Source: a virus
Length of the DNA stretch: 64,000 nucleotides
Direction: 5' to 3' (one strand)
Virus record (IMG/VR): IMGVR_UViG_3300045012_000181
Span: 32,001-96,000 of that record
The notes beneath the pieces were generated by a model, which saw only the letters and a list, made by a program, of their open reading frames with translations, was not told where the DNA came from and searched no databases. A program made the translations under genes and the position numbers. Below are positions 44,919 to 55,003 of the stretch, piece by piece. Position 1 is the stretch's first letter. Each line of letters starts with the position of its first letter.

Positions 44919-45341
44919 TTGGCCACACTGGAATGGGCTGCAGGCTTTATAGACGGCGAGGGATGTGTGGATATTTGGACTACCAAGAAAGGACAGCAAT
45001 GTGTTCGCCTGTCCGTTACTAATACACACTTACCAGCCCTGAAAGAACTACAAAGCCTTTTTGGCGGCGGACGAATTTGGTTAAGAAAAGGTTCAAAATA
45101 TCCCAATGCGTTGCCATGTTACCAAATTACATGGCATGGTAAAAAAGGTGTGGAACCGATTTTACAAGCTATTCTTCTGTATTCAGTTGTCAAACGAGAA
45201 CAGATTAAGTTCGTACTGGACTCTTGGATGCCACGAATCAAGAAATCTGGTACGGGCAAGTTAACAGAAGAAGAAATTAAAATGCGTGGCGAACTAAAAG
45301 AGATGCTCTCCAAAATGAAGCATCAAGCCTATACACAATAA
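44919..45341 (+). CDS. Free-standing LAGLIDADG homing endonuclease
   Basis: LEWAAGFIDGEGCV, L.VTNT....L..LQ..FGG.I, Y.VVKREQ; GGGG RBS before TTG 44919. Confidence 0.88.
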   Translation: MATLEWAAGFIDGEGCVDIWTTKKGQQCVRLSVTNTHLPALKELQSLFGGGRIWLRKGSKYPNALPCYQITWHGKKGVEPILQAILLYSVVKREQIKFVLDSWMPRIKKSGTGKLTEEEIKMRGELKEMLSKMKHQAYTQ

Positions 45342-45353
45342 GGGAGAACTTCA

Positions 45354-45707
45354 ATCGCCACATTTGCAGCAGTGTTTTCACCCAGCTCGGCCTCAGGCGG
45401 AGTGGAATCTGTAACTAAACAGACAATCGCACCAGCGGCCTCCGGTGCAGAAATTGTCTTGGGTACCAACCAACTATTCGCCATCTGTGGAATTGCCGTT
45501 GGAACGCCCGGCGCCACTACGGGCGCCAATATCAATCTGGAGTTTGGTCCGCCGGGCCTTGGAGCCGCCTCAGCTGCTGACATGGGCCTTCCAGTCAATC
45601 AAGTCTTCACATTCGATATGAGTGACGAGTTTAGGAGTATTAGGGTCTTCAACAACTGCACCACAACCAACGTAGATGTATACGTAATGAAGCTCAAGCG
45701 CACTTAG
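45354..45707 (+). CDS. Hypothetical protein; proposed ATC start
   Basis: GGAG lies 7 nt before the in-frame ATC 45354 and 25 nt before the called GTG 45372. Confidence 0.65.
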   Translation: MATFAAVFSPSSASGGVESVTKQTIAPAASGAEIVLGTNQLFAICGIAVGTPGATTGANINLEFGPPGLGAASAADMGLPVNQVFTFDMSDEFRSIRVFNNCTTTNVDVYVMKLKRT

Positions 45708-45732
45708 CAGTACAGTGAGGGAACTTTAGAAA

Positions 45733-48132
45733 ATGGCTAATGCACTTCCAACGATGGCCTCATCGGACCGCAATCCCCGCAGGGCGCTAGGTACACACTA
45801 CACCACGCCCGTAGGTGGGATGCTCAACGATAATGCCAACCTAGATGATGATGTATCGGGAGCTGTTGATAATGCCGAACGAGCACGCCGAAATAAAAAG
45901 CTCCAGTTTGTCTCGGCTGAACTCAAAAGAATGAGGTATTTTAGGCGCCAATATGATCTACGGAGGGCGCACTACTATCGCCAGTACTTAGGCCAGCGGG
46001 ACGATAAATACTATCCCGACAATCTAACCAAGCGTTCTAATACCTTTGTTCCATACCCGTTCTCCACGGTAGAAAATATTGTGGCGCGTACCATGGACGC
46101 CTTCTTCAGTATGGAGGATTGGTTCGAGACCAAGCCCAAACCGCCCTATAGCCAAGACGATCAGGCCGATCAGATGCAAGTGGCCCTACAGGATAAACTT
46201 CACAAGGCCGATTTAATCAGCGCCGTCGAACAGTTGGTTCGAAATTTGGTCATCTATGGTCAAAACGCCGTTAAGGTCGATTGGAATTTTGGCTATACCA
46301 CCGTCGTAAGCAAAGAACCCATTTATTATCAGCAGCCCGTAATGCAACCCCTCGTGGACCCCGCCACGGGACAGCCCGCTATAGGGCCGGATGGTCAGCC
46401 CATGCAACAGCCCGTGGTAGACCCCCAAACGGGCCAGCCGGCCATGCAACCCGTTATGGGACCCGACGGTCAGCCCATCATTCAGGGCTACAGGGCCAAG
46501 CAAGAGGAAGTGCCCAAGGCCTGCCCGCGCTTTACGGTCATAGACGTTTATGATTATCTATACGATCCGGATGGCGCCTATGAGGCCCATCTGACCGAGC
46601 GAACATGGCGTGAGCTCAAGGAAGAGCAAACAGCCAGCCTGCAGGCCATGGACAATGATCCCAATAGGCAACCGGCCTACTTTCAAGAAGGCCTGGATAC
46701 TCTGGGTCAGCGTCTAAGTAACGAGGAAAACGCCGACGAGATTGTTATAAGGCTGGCTGAGTTTTGGAACAAGAACGATAACACCTGGACCATCATGACC
46801 TTTGGTGAGGATCCCGAGGGAATCTCTTTCAAGGACCTACGGGCCAGCTTTAGGGCCACGGCCTATAGTCCCTACAAGCGCCGGATTTACGGGGGCGAGA
46901 CCATCCTTTTGTTCGATGGTGACAACCCCTTCTTCCACAAGCGCTCGCCCATTCTGCACACGGATTTCATTAAATTACCCAACGAGGCCTTTGGCCTAGG
47001 CGCCATCGAAATCATTTCGGATTTGTCTGAGAGCCTAAACCGCTTCGTCAACATGATTGCCGACAACTGGAATATTGGTATCAACCACCGATATGCCTAT
47101 GATATCAATGCCGAAATCGACCACGAAAGCCTGCAGCGTTTTAACATACCTGGGGGTTTTGTTGGAACCGTTGGGGACCCTTCTAAGGTTATTTTCCCTT
47201 TGCCGCAGTTTACACCGGCCGCTGGGGATTATGCCATCCTAGATGTCTATAGGCCCATGATTGAGCAGGCCTCTGGAATAAGCGACTTTTATAGTAAGGG
47301 CGTTGGAAGCGGTGGTGGTAACAAGACCGCCACGGGCATCCAGCAAATCATTGGCGAGAGCAACTACCGTCTGAAGATGTTCATTCGCAATCTGGAAGTG
47401 GACATTTTGCAGCCCCTGTTGGAGATGTGCGCCAGCATGATTCAGCAGTTCGTGGATAGACCGTGGGATGCCGCCAACCCCAAGGCCGACGTGCCGGGCC
47501 AACCGCCCACAGTAACAGTGGACCCCAAGAGTCTAATTGGCACCTACCAGTTCAACATCGTTGCGGCTAACTATGCCACTTCCAAGATTGTTCGACAGCG
47601 TAATCTGATGGCCTTGGCCCAGATTATGAAAGATAATCCCTATATCAATGTGCAAGTTGCCACGAGGGAAATGCTCAAGACATTTGAGATTAAGCACATT
47701 GACCAAATCATGAAGACCGATCAGCAAGTGCAGCAAGAGCAGCAACAGAACATGCAACAGCAGCTCATGATGCAGCAGATGCAACACCAGCAGGAGATGG
47801 AAAAAATTCAAGCCAAAGGTCAAGCCGATGCCCTGGTTGCTGCTAACAGTCCCAGCCCCATTGCTCCTAGTGGTGAGTCTATTGGTGGTCAGCACGAGTC
47901 TAACGATAATGCTGGCAAGTCTGCTGACAAGAAGGCTGAGAAATCTGCCAAACCGGGAGGTCCTCCAGGTGCTAAAGGCGCTCGAAGCCCAAAGACGGGC
48001 CGACCCACCAAGTCCCAGCACGAGGGCCGAATTCCGGGATCTAATATAGATACTATGGCCAAAAAGCTAGGCGGGGCGGGCGGCACGAGTGCTCTGGGCC
48101 TCAGTCAGCTGGGCAACATGCCCCCGGAGTAA
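45733..48132 (+). CDS. Portal protein (podovirus/P22-like) with Q/M-rich tail
   Basis: 799 aa, placed before scaffold and capsid; motifs DVYDYLYDP, GLGAIE...DL...LNR..N...DN, EQASG, TATG; DP.TGQP insert repeats. Confidence 0.85.
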   Translation: MANALPTMASSDRNPRRALGTHYTTPVGGMLNDNANLDDDVSGAVDNAERARRNKKLQFVSAELKRMRYFRRQYDLRRAHYYRQYLGQRDDKYYPDNLTKRSNTFVPYPFSTVENIVARTMDAFFSMEDWFETKPKPPYSQDDQADQMQVALQDKLHKADLISAVEQLVRNLVIYGQNAVKVDWNFGYTTVVSKEPIYYQQPVMQPLVDPATGQPAIGPDGQPMQQPVVDPQTGQPAMQPVMGPDGQPIIQGYRAKQEEVPKACPRFTVIDVYDYLYDPDGAYEAHLTERTWRELKEEQTASLQAMDNDPNRQPAYFQEGLDTLGQRLSNEENADEIVIRLAEFWNKNDNTWTIMTFGEDPEGISFKDLRASFRATAYSPYKRRIYGGETILLFDGDNPFFHKRSPILHTDFIKLPNEAFGLGAIEIISDLSESLNRFVNMIADNWNIGINHRYAYDINAEIDHESLQRFNIPGGFVGTVGDPSKVIFPLPQFTPAAGDYAILDVYRPMIEQASGISDFYSKGVGSGGGNKTATGIQQIIGESNYRLKMFIRNLEVDILQPLLEMCASMIQQFVDRPWDAANPKADVPGQPPTVTVDPKSLIGTYQFNIVAANYATSKIVRQRNLMALAQIMKDNPYINVQVATREMLKTFEIKHIDQIMKTDQQVQQEQQQNMQQQLMMQQMQHQQEMEKIQAKGQADALVAANSPSPIAPSGESIGGQHESNDNAGKSADKKAEKSAKPGGPPGAKGARSPKTGRPTKSQHEGRIPGSNIDTMAKKLGGAGGTSALGLSQLGNMPPE

Positions 48133-48135
48133 ACG

Positions 48136-48291
48136 ATGGTCAAGTGTGAAATCTGTGAGGCCCAGCCTTCAAGCTACATCGACCCCGTGGACTTCCAGCA
48201 AGTCTGCCGGGATTGTTTCTTTAACGTCGTGTTCCACATGCTAGACCCTGAAATTTCGGAGGAAGACCTTGCCCAGCAAAACCAAAACTAA
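48136..48291 (+). CDS. 51-aa Zn-finger protein missed by the ORF track
   Basis: Own translation MVKCEICEAQ...VCRDCF. Confidence 0.5.
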   Translation: MVKCEICEAQPSSYIDPVDFQQVCRDCFFNVVFHMLDPEISEEDLAQQNQN

Positions 48292-48646
48292 TGCCTTGTT
48301 ATTTGTGGAAGTAGACAAAGAGGATGTCAGACCCCTTGGTACTGGCAAGGAACTTAGCGGTGCTATTCTCTCTCTTGGAGGACAGTTGGGCTTTCAAGAA
48401 CTACTCCGGCGCTTCAGAGTCACTAGGGCGTTACTTAGAAGCCGGCTGGAACAGCCCACCGAAGACGAAAACCGCCACCAACTACGTGCATTGATAGAGG
48501 CCTATGGCTTTGTGGAGCGGCAGCTACGGCAGGAAAGCGGCCGACCAACCGAAGAGGCCCGCGAGGCCTATCAGGAGGAGCGGCAGGAGTTTGAAAGACT
48601 GGCGAAGTACGTGGAAATTATAGGCAGAAGTGGGGAAGCCAACTAG
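48269..48646 (+). CDS. Hypothetical protein between portal and scaffold
   Basis: GGAGG RBS, TTG start; helical. Confidence 0.7.
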   Translation: MPSKTKTNALLFVEVDKEDVRPLGTGKELSGAILSLGGQLGFQELLRRFRVTRALLRSRLEQPTEDENRHQLRALIEAYGFVERQLRQESGRPTEEAREAYQEERQEFERLAKYVEIIGRSGEAN

Positions 48647-48862
48647 ATGGCCATAGGCGGTCCCGTACGCTACTACAGCCTTAAGAGCGGTTGTTGCCAT
48701 GGCCTTAACATAACCCTGTGCGATGCCCATTTGGCGGCCCGAATTAATTCCGGGTGGAAGCTTGGTCAGGATAGAGGGCCTGATAACCAAGTTTGCCACG
48801 ATTGTCCAAAAAGTTTACCCGCTACCACAAGTAGCGGAAATCCAAATACGCCACAAGCGTAG
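48647..48862 (+). CDS. Small Cys-rich protein
   Basis: Directly follows the previous stop. Confidence 0.45.
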   Translation: MAIGGPVRYYSLKSGCCHGLNITLCDAHLAARINSGWKLGQDRGPDNQVCHDCPKSLPATTSSGNPNTPQA

Positions 48863-48870
48863 GAGAATAA

Positions 48871-49902
48871 ATGCAAGAACAGCAACAGGCCCTTCCAAAC
48901 GAAGGCGAGACACAGGCCCTTGCGCCCGTTCCGCCCCCACTGGAACAGCCAGCAGTCGAGCCACAAGCCGGCTGGAACCCCCCGACGGGAGACGAAGATT
49001 TTGATTCGCTCTTTCAGCGGGTTGGTGTTGATGGTGAGAATCTCACCAATAGCAACACCGTTCCCACGGAACTGACAACAGCTGCCGAGGAACCTGCACC
49101 TCAAACACCCGCAGTGACACCTACGGAACCCACGAAGTGGTCTGAACTTAAGACCAAGACTGGTACGGTTTACAAGACCGCCGAGGATGCCATACAGGGT
49201 ATTGAGACCAAAGATCGTACCATCGAACAATTGCGTTCGATGATTGCGGCCGTCACAGGCGAAGACCCACTTAGCAAATCGGGTATTAAACCCGGCACTA
49301 CAAATGCCCCGCAGAAGCCCGTTAGCTATTTACAAGATCGTCGACGGTTTGCGCAAGACCTTACCAAAGCCGCAGAACTTGGACAAAAAGAAGACCAATG
49401 GGACCCCTATGGAAACGTACTGGGTCAATATGTCTATGAGATTGTTCAGAGTGCGGTCGGGCCCTATATGCCCGTGGTCCAGAATGTCGGAAAGCAGCAG
49501 GCCCTGGAGAACGTTTCCAAGGACGTGCCGGATTTCCGAAACTTCTATGGTTCACAGGAATATCAAAAGGTCTTGGAACAGAGGCCCAAACTGGCTGGCT
49601 ATATTAAAACCCTGGAAGGCAATCCCACCATGCAAGAGGATCTTGCGGAACAATATCGCGATGTTTGGAATGAGCACCAGGTTAAGAAGCTGGCCGAGCT
49701 GGCGTCTAGACCGACTCCAGTAGCCCAAAACCCCACACCTAGAACACCCCTACAGCCCCGAACTTCGGACTTTAAGCAAGAACCCAACGATGGTATGCGG
49801 CGTAATCAACCGCAGACCAAACCCACTTTGGCAACCAAAGAAGGTCGTAGGATGCTTATTGAGGAACTGGAGAAACGCGGGCTGGCGGACGTGAATTTCT
49901 AG
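48871..49902 (+). CDS. Capsid scaffolding protein
   Basis: Acidic P/Q/E-rich N-terminus and helical core; immediately upstream of MCP. Confidence 0.7.
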   Translation: MQEQQQALPNEGETQALAPVPPPLEQPAVEPQAGWNPPTGDEDFDSLFQRVGVDGENLTNSNTVPTELTTAAEEPAPQTPAVTPTEPTKWSELKTKTGTVYKTAEDAIQGIETKDRTIEQLRSMIAAVTGEDPLSKSGIKPGTTNAPQKPVSYLQDRRRFAQDLTKAAELGQKEDQWDPYGNVLGQYVYEIVQSAVGPYMPVVQNVGKQQALENVSKDVPDFRNFYGSQEYQKVLEQRPKLAGYIKTLEGNPTMQEDLAEQYRDVWNEHQVKKLAELASRPTPVAQNPTPRTPLQPRTSDFKQEPNDGMRRNQPQTKPTLATKEGRRMLIEELEKRGLADVNF

Positions 49903-49930
49903 GTCGGTAATTCCTTAAAGGAGAATTACT

Positions 49931-50896
49931 TTGGCAGACGTTATTACAGTAACTGCGGGGAGTGCGGGACAAGCAGGTTCTACAGCAGCCGAATTGATTA
50001 CCTACATGAGTGCGCGGCTCCTCGAAGTTGCGGAGCTTAACACCATCCTGGATCAGTTCGGTGACAAACACCCGTTGCCGGCGAATTCGTCCAAAACGAT
50101 TCGCTTCACGAGGGAAGAGAAGCTGTCTGTTGCTGCTACTCCTACTCAGTTGACAGAAGGTGTGCCGCCCGATGCTTCGGCGCTCACTATTAACCAGTTT
50201 GAAGCAATCACCGAACAGTACGGCGCTCTCGTTCGTTTGTCGGACCTTGCAGAATTGACCGCGAGACATAATCTCGTCGAACGTACAATTTACGTTCTTG
50301 GCTTGCAGGCCGCAGAAACCTACGATCAGCTTATCTATAACGTACTGAATTCCGGTACCACGGTCTATCGGCCCAACAACAAGAGTTCGGATACAGCCCT
50401 TGTGGGCTCGGATGTCGTGACTGCTGTGGACCTCGTTGAGGTTGAGGCCACACTTAACGGCAACGGCGCCCGTCCATACGAGAGCGGTTATTACGCCTTC
50501 GTTACGAGCCCCCAGCCCTATGCCGCATTGCTCAAGGACCCGGATTTTAAGGCCGCCGCTCAGTTTCGAGCGCCCGAGAAAATCTGGCGTGGTGAAGTCG
50601 GTGAGCTTTATGGCTTCCGAGTCATTCGGAGCAATTCTCCGGCCTTCGCCGCAACCTCGCAGGTCACTGCGGGTCAGTCCAGCTTGGTTTACACCAGTCT
50701 GGCCATTGGGCGATTTGCCTACCAGATCTCGGACCTCCAGAACCTCCGTGTCTACGTTGTGGCTCCCGGTGGACAGGCCGACCCCTTGCAGCAAAGCCGC
50801 AAGATTGGTTGGAAGTTCGCTTTCAAGTCGCTCATAACCAACCAGAACTGGGTAATCGTGGTTCGCAGTTCGGGTCTCAATAGCAAAACCAACTAA
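49931..50896 (+). CDS. Major capsid protein (N4-gp56-like family)
   Basis: AAGGAG RBS, TTG start; QFG.K..LP.NS.KTIRF, LTEGV.P, QYG..V..SD, GEVG.LYGFR.I.S, DPL.Q...IGWK. Confidence 0.9.
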   Translation: MADVITVTAGSAGQAGSTAAELITYMSARLLEVAELNTILDQFGDKHPLPANSSKTIRFTREEKLSVAATPTQLTEGVPPDASALTINQFEAITEQYGALVRLSDLAELTARHNLVERTIYVLGLQAAETYDQLIYNVLNSGTTVYRPNNKSSDTALVGSDVVTAVDLVEVEATLNGNGARPYESGYYAFVTSPQPYAALLKDPDFKAAAQFRAPEKIWRGEVGELYGFRVIRSNSPAFAATSQVTAGQSSLVYTSLAIGRFAYQISDLQNLRVYVVAPGGQADPLQQSRKIGWKFAFKSLITNQNWVIVVRSSGLNSKTN

Positions 50897-50953
50897 CAAT
50901 TTTCTGGCTAGGGGCCTCTTCATGGAGGTCCCTGTGGCCACAAAGGAAAAAGA

Positions 50954-51298
50954 ATGGGAAACTGGAAACCAAATCCGCTGGGCTTGCTTGAAGGCGAGAT
51001 CGTGTGGAACGGTATTAATGAGAAGGGCACTAGCAACGCCGAAATTGACGTTGATACTGCGCCTTCCTTCCGTGCACAGGTCCCCGTCAAGGAAGGCCTC
51101 GCGGCTCAGGATACGTTCAAAATGGACGCCTCTCAGCCCTCCAGCCGAGCTCCCGTGGAACTCCGCCGCATGCACCTTGCGGGCGGGGAAGACGTGGGTG
51201 AAGGCTCCGAGGTCCTCAAGGGCTCCAACATGTTTAACGAATTCGGTGGTGGGACTGGAAAGTCCGCCGGCGAATTCACAGCTAATGAGAATAAGTAA
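50954..51298 (+). CDS. Hypothetical protein
   Basis: AAGGA RBS; follows MCP. Confidence 0.65.
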   Translation: MGNWKPNPLGLLEGEIVWNGINEKGTSNAEIDVDTAPSFRAQVPVKEGLAAQDTFKMDASQPSSRAPVELRRMHLAGGEDVGEGSEVLKGSNMFNEFGGGTGKSAGEFTANENK

Positions 51299-51317
51299 GA
51301 AAGAAGGGTGACCAAAA

Positions 51318-52001
51318 ATGGCAGTTAAGAAAACGGTAGCAGCGCCTCACACAGAGGCGACTATTCCGGAAACTGCTTCGACGGATGGCGAACTTCAAGC
51401 CGCCGAAGAGGTCACGGCAACCACAGGGGCCGCTGAACAGGCGGCCCTTGATGCAGCTGTGGCGCAGTCCAAATTAGTGGCGTTGGCCAAGGCCCGGGCG
51501 GCCAAGGCTGCCAAGGCCCAACAGGCTAAAATCGAAATCCAGGCCAAAGAACTGGCCCGGCGGGAGGCCGCTGAAAGCATTAGCAGCATTCAGAGCCTTC
51601 TGGCGGCCGAACAAACCAACGATAGACACAGTTTTGGCGATATCAGAGAAGTTGCCAAGACCATGCCCACGCGAGAGGAATACGTGAAGGTTGAAATTCC
51701 CTTGGCCGATCTTTTCGATCACAGCCATCCGGGCGTACAACTCAATCGACACAAGTTCGAACCCGGAAAGACCTATTTGCTTAGGGGTGACGTTGCCCTG
51801 GAAGTCAAACGTCGATTGGCCATGTTTCACGATGAGCAGGTACGCTTGCTGAGGCCCAATGCCGACCGTAAGGCCCTGAATGACGTGAACCGTGGGAGTC
51901 AGTGGACCTCTAGAGGCGGAAATTCCGTCGTCCCATTGGGACGATTGGAAGACATCCCTACAGCTGCAGACGAGCGTATCTATACCGTTGACTTCGATTA
52001 G
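51318..52001 (+). CDS. Hypothetical protein
   Basis: Ala-rich coiled coil followed by a globular part. Confidence 0.7.
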   Translation: MAVKKTVAAPHTEATIPETASTDGELQAAEEVTATTGAAEQAALDAAVAQSKLVALAKARAAKAAKAQQAKIEIQAKELARREAAESISSIQSLLAAEQTNDRHSFGDIREVAKTMPTREEYVKVEIPLADLFDHSHPGVQLNRHKFEPGKTYLLRGDVALEVKRRLAMFHDEQVRLLRPNADRKALNDVNRGSQWTSRGGNSVVPLGRLEDIPTAADERIYTVDFD

Positions 52002-52111
52002 AAACTAACAAGAGATGCACGCGAAGCGCACCCTAGGGTGGACAGCTGAGTGCGTGAAGGCAGTCTTGGAGGCCTATATCCTGCTACAACAAAGAAGGCC
52101 CAAACTTTAAT

Positions 52112-52438
52112 ATGCCAAATCAAGACAAGAAACAACTCAATTCCTATACAAGTGGCCCGGGTAAGCTGAGTGGACCGCCGCCTAAAGTCGCAACAACCGA
52201 TCCCATAGGTCCTGGACAGTTAAGCAAGCCTGCCAAAGAGTATCAACCCATCAAGGAAAAGGAACGTCCCTATATGGACACCCTACGCCCTGGAGACAAA
52301 GGCTCTTTGGTGGGACCCAAAGGCCGTTCAGTCAACGTGACGGCCACTGTGCCCGAAGAGGAACAAAGCTCCTCGGTCTTTACCCCGGATAAATCCGAAA
52401 ACTACAGTATCCGGCAGCCCGCCCCCCAGGACAGGTAA
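52112..52438 (+). CDS. Pro/Lys-rich hypothetical protein
   Basis: Operon position before the lysin. Confidence 0.6.
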   Translation: MPNQDKKQLNSYTSGPGKLSGPPPKVATTDPIGPGQLSKPAKEYQPIKEKERPYMDTLRPGDKGSLVGPKGRSVNVTATVPEEEQSSSVFTPDKSENYSIRQPAPQDR

Positions 52439-52439
52439 G

Positions 52440-52838
52440 ATGGCAGATTTCCAAGTGGCCGTGAACTTAGTAATGAACCACGAGGGCGGCTTAGTGGACA
52501 ATCCCTCTGACCCCGGAGGACTCACCAATTGGGGTATTAGTCTTAGATGGCATCCCGAACTGGGCGCCGACGGTATCCGAAACCTAACTAAGGCACAGGC
52601 CTCGGACATCTACCTAAAGAAGTATTGGACCCCGGCCATGGACCAAGAACCAGACCAGCGCATGGCCAATGCCATGTTAGACACTGCGGCCAACCAAGGC
52701 CCGCCGGTTGCCGTTCAGCTTTACCAACAATTTGGACACAGTATCAAGGAGTTTCAGTTGGCCCGTCTATTGCGCTACGCCGCCTTGGGAAAGCCCCAGA
52801 ACAATCATAGTTGGTTTGAACGCGTTTTGGATGTGTGA
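52440..52838 (+). CDS. Endolysin, glycoside hydrolase family 108
   Basis: HEGG.VD.PSDPGG.TNWGIS, I..LT...A..IY...YW, D.A.N.G. Confidence 0.9.
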   Translation: MADFQVAVNLVMNHEGGLVDNPSDPGGLTNWGISLRWHPELGADGIRNLTKAQASDIYLKKYWTPAMDQEPDQRMANAMLDTAANQGPPVAVQLYQQFGHSIKEFQLARLLRYAALGKPQNNHSWFERVLDV

Positions 52839-52851
52839 GGCCTAAAAACAT

Positions 52852-53442
52852 TTGTGTATTTACTTCTATCGCCATGGCCAGACCAACGAGGATCTACCAG
52901 ACAACGATTTGGTTAGTGGCTGGAATGATATTCCCTTGAATGCCGAAGGCCGTCTAAATGCCTCACGAGCGGCCCGGCGTCTAAAGGAACTTGGCATCAC
53001 GAGCATAACAAGCTCGGATACCAAGAGGGCCCTTCAGACCTCGGAAATAATTAGCCGATATGTGGGTATCCCGATTGTTACGACGGAGCGTCTTAGAAGC
53101 TGGAACATGGGCTCGCTACAGGGCATGGACCACAAGGCCGCGGACCCCTTCTTGGAATTCTTTGAGCGCCATCCAGATGTCCGGGTGCCTGGTGGAGAGG
53201 CCTTCAGGACCTTCTACAACCGCTTCAAAACCGTATTCTTCTATTTTGTGGGCTATGTTAGAAAGTTTCCCAATGCCCGGCCAGCCTTGGGCACGCACAG
53301 CCAAGACTTGGATCTTATATCCTGGCTAATTGAGGGCATCGAGCCGGGCAAGCAACTTGAGTTTGGCAAGGGCATCAAGCCAGGCGGCATACTAGAAGTT
53401 TCTGTGGACGACAAAATTACTGTACGAAAGCTGAGGGTCTGA
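52852..53442 (+). CDS. Histidine phosphatase (phosphoglycerate-mutase superfamily)
   Basis: FYRHGQT, GW.D.PL..EG...A, SSD..RA.QT, LRSW.MG.LQG, PGGE.F, THS. Confidence 0.9.
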   Translation: MCIYFYRHGQTNEDLPDNDLVSGWNDIPLNAEGRLNASRAARRLKELGITSITSSDTKRALQTSEIISRYVGIPIVTTERLRSWNMGSLQGMDHKAADPFLEFFERHPDVRVPGGEAFRTFYNRFKTVFFYFVGYVRKFPNARPALGTHSQDLDLISWLIEGIEPGKQLEFGKGIKPGGILEVSVDDKITVRKLRV

Positions 53443-53445
53443 TCT

Positions 53446-53877
53446 ATGGCTGTGGACTGGACAAGTTTGGTTGGGGGTTCTGTGGCCGATGCCGTGGCCA
53501 AGATTGTTTCCCTGTTTAAAATCGATCCCACGGTGGCCCTACAAAATCGGACCGAGATAGAAAGAATTCAACTGGGCATGCAGTCCCAGCTTATCGCGCA
53601 GGTCTCGGCGCAGATTGCCGTAGACCAGCAAGAAGCCGCCAGCCCAAGTATGTTTGTGGCGGGTTGGCGACCGGCCATCGGATGGATTTGCGGCCTGGGC
53701 CTCTTCACGCAGTTTATAATCAATCCCTTGGCCACTTGGTTGGCGGCACTGTTCCATCATCCAATTGCGTTTCCCTCGCTGGACCTAGGAACCTTAATGA
53801 CCCTCTTGTTCGGTATGCTTGGATTGGCTGCCGGTGAGCATTACGAAAACGTTCAAACCGCTGTAAACGGAAAGTAA
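53446..53877 (+). CDS. Holin (3TM/GTA-type)
   Basis: S.FVAGWRPAIGWICG.GL......NP ...LMTLLFGMLGL. Confidence 0.8.
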   Translation: MAVDWTSLVGGSVADAVAKIVSLFKIDPTVALQNRTEIERIQLGMQSQLIAQVSAQIAVDQQEAASPSMFVAGWRPAIGWICGLGLFTQFIINPLATWLAALFHHPIAFPSLDLGTLMTLLFGMLGLAAGEHYENVQTAVNGK

Positions 53878-54567
53878 ATGGCCCTTACGGTTTCCAGTAT
53901 CGCCTCGGACAGTTCAATCGACATCCGTCAGGTTCTTGTGGCCACGGACACCAAGTTTATCGGTTGGATTGATCGCATACACAAGGACTGTATGCACAGT
54001 TCGGTTTACAGCCCGTTTATTGTGGCCCGACAGAGTCTTATAACGATTGCCGGGCAATCCAACTATACACTGGCACCTACAGCGGGTGTTACGGGAGCCG
54101 GACCGGGCATCCGTCGAATTTTGGGCGTTTTCGACAGCACTCGGAATCGTATACTCTTCCCGATTGAACGTGCAACATCACCTATTTCGCAGGTTGATAA
54201 ACAAGAGCCTAGTCCGGGCCAGCAGGGCAGTCCGCAAATAGAGTTTGGTCAACCCTTGGCTTCGCCTATCTCCCTACAAGCCGGACAGCCGGGTTATTTC
54301 AGATACTTCCCTAATGCCGCCCTGAATCCACCGGCCATCTCGCTTATTCCCACACCGGCCGCACCACTCACCATCAGCGTCACCTATGAACTACAGGTCG
54401 TTACACTTGTGAATCCCACCGATACGCTCTTGGTACCTGAAGATGGCCGGGATATGGTTGTGGCGGGTGTGAACTATTTGGCCAATATTTTCCTTAAGCG
54501 CATGGACGAGGCCCAGATTTGGGCCCAGATTTACTCGGCTCTCAAAAAAGGAGAAAGTCTTGTTTAG
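53878..54567 (+). CDS. Head-tail adaptor-like protein, paralog 1
   Basis: T..GQ.NY.L ... LLVPED..D.VVAGVNY; paralogous to 61144-62367. Confidence 0.6.
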   Translation: MALTVSSIASDSSIDIRQVLVATDTKFIGWIDRIHKDCMHSSVYSPFIVARQSLITIAGQSNYTLAPTAGVTGAGPGIRRILGVFDSTRNRILFPIERATSPISQVDKQEPSPGQQGSPQIEFGQPLASPISLQAGQPGYFRYFPNAALNPPAISLIPTPAAPLTISVTYELQVVTLVNPTDTLLVPEDGRDMVVAGVNYLANIFLKRMDEAQIWAQIYSALKKGESLV

Positions 54568-55003
54568 GCGGCTTATTGTTTTGGTGGGAGCTTTATTGCT
54601 TAGTCTACCCGCACAGGGCGGCCCCCGGGATTGGCTAAAGCACAATTGGAAACCGCTCCTGATAACGGGAATCAGTTTAGGAAGTTCTTTGGCCATGACA
54701 CATGAGGCCCATACCTGCCGAGTGCAGTTTGGGCCGGCGCCCTGTGCCGGCGGTTACGGCGAATTCGGGGCCCGGGAGGGTCTTAGGTTCGGCACCTCCG
54801 CGCTTATGAGTGGTCTCTCGTGGTACGGCTACAAGCAAGGCTACAAGGATTGGTTCTTGCCTGCTGTGGGATTCGCTACTTATAACGGCATATCGGCATA
54901 TCGTCAAACCCTTGTGGGTTGTCCCTCGGGTGAGCACTTCCTATATGGCACCAAATTCACCTGTGTAGACAATTATAGCGAGAACAGCTGGAGCAGCCAT
55001 TAA
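54560..55003 (+). CDS. Signal-peptide/membrane hypothetical protein
   Basis: MFRRLIVLVGALLLSLPAQG plus further hydrophobic helices. Confidence 0.65.
   Translation: MFRRLIVLVGALLLSLPAQGGPRDWLKHNWKPLLITGISLGSSLAMTHEAHTCRVQFGPAPCAGGYGEFGAREGLRFGTSALMSGLSWYGYKQGYKDWFLPAVGFATYNGISAYRQTLVGCPSGEHFLYGTKFTCVDNYSENSWSSH

Noticed and set aside
44874-45372. Group I intron around the LAGLIDADG gene
   Set aside because: The flanks are only ~10 nt, leaving no room for an intron core, and the neighbouring genes are complete with their own RBSs.
49856-51175. 439-aa minus-strand ORF and other long antisense ORFs (e.g. 21-533, 8063-8623, 47533-48021)
   Set aside because: Shadow frames opposite clearly identified genes in GC-rich DNA; no motifs.
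52002-52111. Possible riboswitch (CACGC/GCGTG, CACC-CTAG-GGTG)
   Set aside because: No match to an aptamer I know; equally explained by a 31-aa ORF (MHAKRTLGW...).
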